Source: a virus
IMG/VR virus record: IMGVR_UViG_3300045988_119030
Coordinates: 1-21,410 of that record
Length of the DNA stretch: 21,410 nucleotides
Reading direction: 5' to 3' (one strand)
The translations under genes and the position numbers were made by a program. Under the pieces are notes generated by a model. That model was not told where the DNA came from. It did no database searches and saw only the letters and a list, made by a program, of their open reading frames with translations. How positions within the stretch are numbered: position 1 is the stretch's first letter; every line of letters begins with the position of its first letter. Below, in pieces: positions 5,931-11,277 of this stretch.

Positions 5931-6022
5931 TAGGTTTTTGAAAAAAATATTTATTCATCAGGGCTGTATAAATATTCATGTATAAATATTCATTTTCGGG
6001 TGTATAAAGGCGACTGGCATAA

Positions 6023-6053
6023 TGCACAAAATGGTTTCAAAATTTTTGTGCAA
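6023..6053. promoter_or_regulatory. palindrome TGCACAAAA-N13-TTTTGTGCA. Candidate operator.
   Basis: aaTGCACAAAAtggtttcaaaattTTTTGTGCAat. The same half-site recurs at 7694-7739 and 4050-4057. Confidence 0.5.
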
Positions 6054-6072
6054 TATAACTATTGCAAAACTC

Positions 6073-6097
6073 GGCGCGCTGCGGCCCACAGCGCGCC
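6073..6097 (-). promoter_or_regulatory. GC-rich hairpin (GGCGCGCTG-N7-CAGCGCGCC) with a short minus-strand U-tract, embedded in the iteron/palindrome region
   Basis: aaaactcGGCGCGCTGcggcccaCAGCGCGCCggcc. Confidence 0.4.
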
Positions 6098-6179
6098 GGC
6101 CAAATGCATATGTATGATTATTCATGTATATTCATTGCATATTCATTGTATATTTATTCATACATAATATGCGAAAATA

Positions 6180-6204
6180 GAGAGAGACTTAATAAGCCTC
6201 TCTC
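6180..6204 (-). terminator. hairpin terminator overlapping the stop of 6189-6554
   Basis: GAGAGAG-N11-CTCTCTC, followed on the minus strand by TATTTTCGC. Modest U-tract. Confidence 0.4.
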
Positions 6205-6554
6205 CATACCTTGATTATTTCATCATCTGCTATATCATCTGTGTCATTGTCGTTTATCCACAAAAGCAGAAAATCATTATCATCAATGGTCATATTCTCA
6301 ACTTCCCATTGGTTGCCGCGTTCGTCCAGTAGCGTGATGGTGTTACCATTTCGGGAAGCGACCTCTGCACCGATAAAGCGTATGCTTCCTCTCTCTGTAC
6401 CAGCGCCACACCATTCATCTAATGCGGTGAGGTCATAGGACTGCGGCGCTTCCTCACAGGCTTCCGCGGTTGTGTGGTCGTGGAATGGGCCGAAGAAAGA
6501 CACGGAGAGAATGATGGCAATGGCCATGGTGATGATTTTGGAAACGTTTTTCAT
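6189..6554 (-). CDS. predicted secreted protein (121 aa). The N-terminus looks like a signal peptide (MKNVSKIITMAIAIILSVSFFG…AEA); mature part acidic.
   Basis: ORF. RBS AAGAAAGAGGTAAAAC-ATG. Terminator hairpin at 6180-6204 overlaps the stop. Confidence 0.55.
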   Translation of the reverse strand: MKNVSKIITMAIAIILSVSFFGPFHDHTTAEACEEAPQSYDLTALDEWCGAGTERGSIRFIGAEVASRNGNTITLLDERGNQWEVENMTIDDNDFLLLWINDNDTDDIADDEIIKVWREAY

Positions 6555-6576
6555 TTTGTTTTACCTCTTTCTTACT

Positions 6577-6720
6577 TTATAGGTTAGTAGCGATAGTGAC
6601 AACAGCAATAAGCATGAGCGTGCTTGAGACAGCTTTACCTACATTCTTGCTATCTATGGCATAGACAAAATTATATGCGCTTATAGCAGTAAGCACAATG
6701 ATAGCGGCGATGATAGACAT
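6577..6720 (-). CDS. small membrane protein, 47 aa, 2 hydrophobic segments (MSIIAAIIVLTAISAYNFVYAIDSKNVGKAVSSTLMLIAVVTIATNL). Not in the ORF track.
   Basis: RBS AGAGGGGAG-N8-ATG. Lies between 6751-7224 and 6189-6554 on the same strand. Confidence 0.45.
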   Translation of the reverse strand: MSIIAAIIVLTAISAYNFVYAIDSKNVGKAVSSTLMLIAVVTIATNL

Positions 6721-6750
6721 GGCATATGCTCCCCTCTTTGAGCGAGTGGG

Positions 6751-7224
6751 TTAAACCCACTCGCTGAATAGCTCGCTGATGAAGTCATCGTGGACATCAT
6801 CAGGCAGTTGGTCGATGGTACACTCATAGGTGCTTACCACGGTAAGCGATGAGCCATTTTCAAGGTTCTCGCGCTCAAACTTATCCCGTTCACCAGATGA
6901 AAGAAAAAATGCGGTATAATCGTAAGTGTCTTCTCCATCATTGATGGAATAATCCACCACCTTAAAGCGCATCTTGTTCCAGAGGTTCGCTATGATGGAA
7001 AGATCCATAGCCAGCTCTTCCTCGCGGCGGACAGCTTCGAGAGACGCCTTATACTTGCGCCATGCGGCTACCGTAAAGTCTCTTATGCCGCACCCGATAA
7101 GACAATGGTATTCCTCTAAGTCTTTGATAACCAGTTTGCGTCCCTCGCGCACCATATCCCAAGCATCTTCTGCCATTGCGTTGATGGTGACAGCATCATA
7201 TTTATGCAAGCCCTGAATTTTCAT
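6751..7224 (-). CDS. hypothetical protein (157 aa)
   Basis: ORF. RBS GGAAGGG. The TAA stop sits in the loop of hairpin GCGAGTGGGTT/AACCCACTCGC (6741-6766). Confidence 0.55.
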   Translation of the reverse strand: MKIQGLHKYDAVTINAMAEDAWDMVREGRKLVIKDLEEYHCLIGCGIRDFTVAAWRKYKASLEAVRREEELAMDLSIIANLWNKMRFKVVDYSINDGEDTYDYTAFFLSSGERDKFERENLENGSSLTVVSTYECTIDQLPDDVHDDFISELFSEWV

Positions 7225-7305
7225 TGTATAGCCCTTCCGCGCTTTTTGCGCTATCGTGTTATATGTAGGTATGTTCCCCCATGTGGGGAGTGAGGGCTTG
7301 CGCCC

Positions 7306-7599
7306 TCACTTTGCAATCTTTGTAGTAACGGAAGCCGCACGCGGCGCGCCAGTCTTCTTGTACTTATCAAAGCACTCGGCGTAGAGTTTCGGCGCTTTGT
7401 TGCGGAACATCACCGTGTCGAGCGTTTCAGTAGCCTTGCCACCCTTGCCAACAATAACAGTAAACTTATTGTAAGTAAAGGTAACGCTTTCGCCGTTAGC
7501 TTCCTCGCGGGCTTCTGCCTTGAGCAATTCTAACTGTTCCTTGAGCGCGTCTATCTGCGCGGAAATCTCGCACATTTTTTTAATTTTATTGTTCGTCAT
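7306..7599 (-). CDS. hypothetical protein (97 aa). First gene of the leftward module.
   Basis: ORF. RBS GAGGAT. The TGA stop lies within terminator stem GTGAGGGC/GCCCTCAC (7291-7312). Confidence 0.55.
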   Translation of the reverse strand: MTNNKIKKMCEISAQIDALKEQLELLKAEAREEANGESVTFTYNKFTVIVGKGGKATETLDTVMFRNKAPKLYAECFDKYKKTGAPRAASVTTKIAK

Positions 7600-7693
7600 T
7601 TTTGAATCCTCATTTCATGCAATTTACTGTTCGGTGTTCCGCCGTTCAGCATGGTTACATGGTAGCAGATTCAGCCACGGAATACAATTGACA

Positions 7694-7739
7694 GATTGCA
7701 CAAAGATTTGTTTTGTACGGGGCGGGTTTTTGTGCAATC
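7694..7739. promoter_or_regulatory. palindrome GATTGCACAAA-N24-TTTGTGCAATC. Second copy of the candidate operator.
   Basis: Perfect 11-bp arms. Lies in the 400-bp noncoding region upstream of the first leftward gene. Confidence 0.5.
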
Positions 7740-7777
7740 TACCGCCGGGCGGCACCCTTGCATCATACCTTTGCATT

Positions 7778-7801
7778 TTTATTCACTCAAAAATGAATAA
7801 A
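7778..7801. repeat. inverted repeat TTTATTCA-N8-TGAATAAA (the iteron motif in palindromic arrangement)
   Basis: ttTTTATTCActcaaaaaTGAATAAAac. Confidence 0.45.
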
Positions 7802-7895
7802 ACCTGCATAGAGGGGGGTGTATTTCGGGAAAAATAAATTTTTATTTATCGTTTTTTCTTTTGCCTGGTCAAAACACAATCTAAATCAATTTTCA

Positions 7896-7935
7896 ATTTC
7901 AAATCACGAAATAATTTAAAATTTCAAATTACGAC
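7896..7935. repeat. imperfect direct repeat ATTTCAAAT(C/T)ACGA(A/C) x2, spaced 25 bp
   Basis: ATTTCAAATCACGAA at 7896-7910. ATTTCAAATTACGAC at 7921-7935. Confidence 0.4.
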
Positions 7936-8025
7936 TTCTTTTTTCTACCTCTTTTAGGCTTCTCACCCCACATAAAAGTGTATAATCCAGAAGTAGCAGA
8001 ATATGTAGCTTTCTGCTGATACTTT

Positions 8026-8421
8026 TTAGCAGCTGCTTTCAAGGGGTTGAGGGGTTTCCGCATTTAATTTTTCCTCCATATATTCGATTAATTTATCTTT
8101 ATATTTACAACTATCAATATATCTATTAATAGTATCTATATCATATTTTTCCATTAAGTGCTCTAATACATATTTGTATTTATTTAACTGATATTCTTCT
8201 TGTTCTTCTTTAGTGCTTAATTGGGCCTTTTCCGCGTCTGATAAAGGTTTATAAGTAATTGTTCTTGACCCATTATCCTTTTGCTCAATACGTATTGTTT
8301 TAAATAATTTCCAATCTCTTACAAAAGGATCTTTATCTCTTGTGGCGTTAAAATATTCTTGTTCTAATCTAAATATTACTGCGTCTATCCCTCTTACTTC
8401 AAAAGGCTGGTTCCGCCTCAT
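8026..8421 (-). CDS. hypothetical protein, AT-rich (~131 aa from MRRNQPFEV...). The track start at 8454 is also possible.
   Basis: ORF. Internal RBS GGGAGG-N9-ATG at 8421. Confidence 0.45.
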   Translation of the reverse strand: MRRNQPFEVRGIDAVIFRLEQEYFNATRDKDPFVRDWKLFKTIRIEQKDNGSRTITYKPLSDAEKAQLSTKEEQEEYQLNKYKYVLEHLMEKYDIDTINRYIDSCKYKDKLIEYMEEKLNAETPQPLESSC

Positions 8422-8638
8422 TTTCAATATCCTCCCATTCAAATGTTCCATCATCTAATTCATATACAAATGCCTGTTTATAGAATGATGAAACAATTCC
8501 ATCATTTGCGATTCCTTTTGGACTATTTTTCGCATCATGGAAACAATTATAAACAATTAGTCCTTGCGTTTCATATCGCGAAAAATCTACTGCCCTTCCC
8601 TCAAAATCATAATTATAAAATATGTTTAACAATAGCAT
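8399..8638 (-). CDS. hypothetical protein (79 aa), AT-rich. Overlaps the start of 8026-8421.
   Basis: ORF. A leftward promoter candidate at 8821-8849 gives a long leader. Confidence 0.4.
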   Translation of the reverse strand: MLLLNIFYNYDFEGRAVDFSRYETQGLIVYNCFHDAKNSPKGIANDGIVSSFYKQAFVYELDDGTFEWEDIENEAEPAF

Positions 8639-8677
8639 ACACTCATATTGTGCGATTGGCCATTTATTTAATTCTTT

Positions 8678-8705
8678 TTGCTAATTTGCCATTTTTTGGT
8701 ATAAT
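8678..8705 (+). promoter_or_regulatory. candidate rightward promoter TTGCTA-N16-TGgTATAAT upstream of a 10-codon ORF (8746-8778) with RBS AAAGGAG
   Basis: Plus strand reads tttTTGCTAatttgccatttttTGgTATAAT. Confidence 0.3.
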
Positions 8706-8820
8706 ACCCAAAAGGCTTTTCTATATAACCATAAAAAAAGGAGTGATGCTACTAATGCACAACTCAATAATACAATAAAAATAATTTCCATAAATACTCT
8801 TTTTCTTTTTTCTTATAATA

Positions 8821-8849
8821 ATAATAAAATAAAAAATAAGAAATGTCAA
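8821..8849 (-). promoter_or_regulatory. candidate leftward promoter TTGACA-N17-TATTAT for 8399-8638 / 8026-8421. Divergent from the rightward promoter.
   Basis: Minus strand reads cgacTTGACAtttcttattttttatttTATTAT. Long AT-rich leader. Confidence 0.35.
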
Positions 8850-8931
8850 GTCGTGGAGCGTAATTGGGCAAAAGTTATTTGTTTTGTTAAAAAAATTTTT
8901 AAATATAAAAAGAAAAAATTTTAAATGAAAC

Positions 8932-8960
8932 TTGACAAAAAAAATTTTTTCGAGTATAAT
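8932..8960 (+). promoter_or_regulatory. consensus promoter TTGACA-N17-TATAAT for the first rightward gene (8985-10040)
   Basis: Plus strand reads aaacTTGACAaaaaaaattttttcgagTATAAT. GGAGG RBS and ATG 25 nt downstream. A-rich upstream. Confidence 0.6.
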
Positions 8961-8984
8961 ATAAATATAGACTGGAGGTAAAAA

Positions 8985-10040
8985 ATGATAAAACTTGATT
9001 ATTCTTTACAAACTCCAGAAGAAAGAAATCAATTAGTCGAACAAATTTTGGCTGATAATCCAGATCCGCCTGAAAAGTATTTAGAAATTTTAGCAGACTA
9101 TTTGGTTCTTTGTATGGAGAAACAAGAAAAAAAGGAGAAAAAATTATTAACTGATAATCGTATGGCTACAGTTAATAAGCGTGAGACTTCTTTTGAAGGT
9201 CTTGTTTCCCAACTCGAAAATGGCGAAGATGGAATTTATAATTTAATTACAGATAATAGAAATACAATATTTCAACCACATATTACAATTACAAAAAAAG
9301 ATTTAGAAGAGATACCAAGTTTAAATTAGTTAAGAGAAGCCATTAATGTTTGGGAGGCTAAATTAAAAGTAACAGAAGGAAAAGATGCTTTTGTTATTAA
9401 AAAGGCTCTTATTGAAATGCGTAAAGATTAGTATGTTATGAAAAATGCTTATCGTCGTCCAATAGTGCCTACAAAATTAACCAGATCAAAGTCTTATATT
9501 CCATTAGATGATAAAACATTTATTTTTGATGATGATGGTTTTCCCATTCCTGATGGAATTAGTTTATTAAGACCTGAAATATGTTCTGCGGTTTTATGTA
9601 ATTATTCCCGACTAAAACAAGATAGTTGGGGCGAATATGATAAAGATTTATGGTATTTAATGGAGGATTTTGATAAGCTTTGTGATAAAGCCTTAGCTAA
9701 TTATCCTCTTTATGATAGAATCGTTGAATATAAAATTGATGGTTTACAAAATATTGACATTCAAGAGAAAATACAAATGGAATTTGGTATTAAACATAGT
9801 CTTGAATATATTTCAAGTTTATGGCGTAATAAAATTCCAAAATTAATTGCTTCGACTGCGGAAGATGAATATTTAGATAATTATTATTTAAATGTTGAAA
9901 AAGGTAAATATAAAAAATGTAGTCGTTGTGGTAAAATAAAATTAGCTCATAATAAATATTTTAGTAAAAATAAAACAAGTAAAGATGGCTTTTATAGTAT
10001 TTGTAAAAGTTGTCGAAATTCTAAGGCCAAAAAATCTTAA
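8985..10040 (+). CDS. zinc-ribbon protein (352 aa if TAG is read through). Two in-frame TAGs at 9327-9329 and 9432-9434. C-terminal CxxC…CxxC motif. Function unknown.
   Basis: Single frame 8985-10040, interrupted only by TAG and ending in TAA. Consensus promoter at 8932-8960. RBS GGAGG-N6-ATG. Confidence 0.6.
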
Positions 10041-10089
10041 TGTTGTCCTTTTGTTTATAATAAATAGTTGAAAGGAGAATATTTTATTT

Positions 10090-11277
10090 ATGGCTGAAAC
10101 ATATTATTGCGAAAAATGTAATCGCACAATGAATGGCACGGAATTCTATTCATCTAATAATTTAGAAAAATATCCTAATGATGGTAAATTTCCTGTGTGC
10201 AAAAAATGTATGACAATGCACGTCGATAATTGGAATCCAGATACTTATTTATGGATTTTACAAGAAGCGGATGTTCCTTATGTTCCAGATGAATGGAATA
10301 AATTAATGGAAAAATATGGGCGCGATCCGCAGTCTATGACCGGTATGACGATTCTTGGACGTTATTTGTCAAAAATGAAACTCAAATAGTTTAAAGATTA
10401 TCGTTGGAAAGATACAGAATTTTTATAGTAGATGGCGAATAATAAATTAGAGCAAACTATGAAGCGTCAAGGATATGATGCTCAATAGATTGCAACCGCT
10501 ATTAAAAAAAGTTCTATTGCTATTCCAGAAGGAGAACTAAAAGAGCCGGTTTATGCTCCACCGCCTAATGCCCCTACGGAAGATTATTTTGCACAATAGA
10601 GTGGTGAAGTTGAACAAGAATTAGACTTAACTGATGAAGACCGCACTTATTTAAGACTTAAATGGGGCAAGACTTATAAACCTGAAGAATGGGTTAAGCT
10701 TGAATAGTTGTATGAAGAAATGATGGCTTCTTATGATATTCAAGGTGCCGGACATAAAGATACGCTAAAATTAATATGTAAGACATCTTTAAAGGCAAAT
10801 CAATTGATCGATATTGGTGATATTGAAGGTTTCCAAAAGATGAGCAAAGTATACGATAGCTTGATGAAGTCTGGTAAATTTACTGCTGCTCAAAATAAAG
10901 CAGAATCAGGTGAATTTGTTGATTCAATTGGCGAATTAATTGAATTATGTGAAAAAGAAGGATATATTGAAAGATATTATGTTGAATAGCCACATGATAA
11001 AGTGGATTTAACTATTCAAGATATGCAACGTTATACTCGCACTCTTATTGAAGATGAAACTAATATCAGCACAATGGTAGAAAAAGCTTTGCGCGAAAAT
11101 GCTAAAGAAGATGAAGAGAAAGCAAAGAACGCGGAAAGCGATATCGTTGATGATGCTGATTTAAGTATTGAAGAACTTGAAAAAACTATTAAAGATAGTG
11201 ATTACGCGGATTTTGAGGAATTTAAAGAATAGGAGTCCGCGCAAGATAATGAGTTCTTATAGAGTTTGGATAAATAA
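10090..11277 (+). CDS. protein with N-terminal CxxC…CxxC zinc ribbon (~395 aa). Nine in-frame TAGs including tandem TAG-TAG at 10431-10436. Possibly small terminase or another DNA-packaging protein by position.
   Basis: One continuous frame joining ORFs 10090-10389, 10708-10989 and 11002-11232. All interruptions are TAG. The TAA stop overlaps the terL ATG (TAATG). Confidence 0.5.

Larger units (their letters stand above)
5948..6170. repeat. cluster of at least 8 copies of the heptamer TATTCAT (ATGAATA on the minus strand). Includes a tandem 14-bp repeat TATAAATATTCAT x2 and four copies at ~11-bp spacing.
   Basis: Plus strand: tatttATTCATca, aaaTATTCATgtataaaTATTCATttt, then gatTATTCATgtaTATTCATtgcaTATTCATtgtatatTTATTCATacat. 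Confidence 0.6.

Noticed and set aside
5633-5933. ORFs 5633-5815(-) and 5646-5933(+) overlapping gene 5574-5870
   Set aside because: Alternative-frame or antisense shadows. The accepted gene has RBS, promoter and terminator.
6211-7216. Plus-strand ORFs 6211-6438 and 6974-7216 (Ser/Arg-rich)
   Set aside because: Antisense to leftward genes with RBSs. Low-complexity translations.
7520-7837. Plus-strand ORF of 105 aa running through the noncoding repeat region
   Set aside because: No RBS or promoter. Spans palindromes and repeats. More likely regulatory DNA.
7929-8063. 45-codon minus-strand ORF (MRKPLNPLKAAAKKYQQKATYSATSGLYTFMWGEKPKRGRKKKS) with upstream GGAGG-N9-ATG
   Set aside because: It overlaps the 3' end of ORF 8026-8421 in another frame. 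The GGAGG is itself inside that gene's coding sequence. Not excluded, but confidence is too low to list as a gene.
8443-8778. Plus-strand 111-aa ORF
   Set aside because: Antisense to leftward genes 8399-8638 and 8026-8421 and runs through the intergenic region. Only the last 10 codons have an RBS (noted as a mini-ORF).
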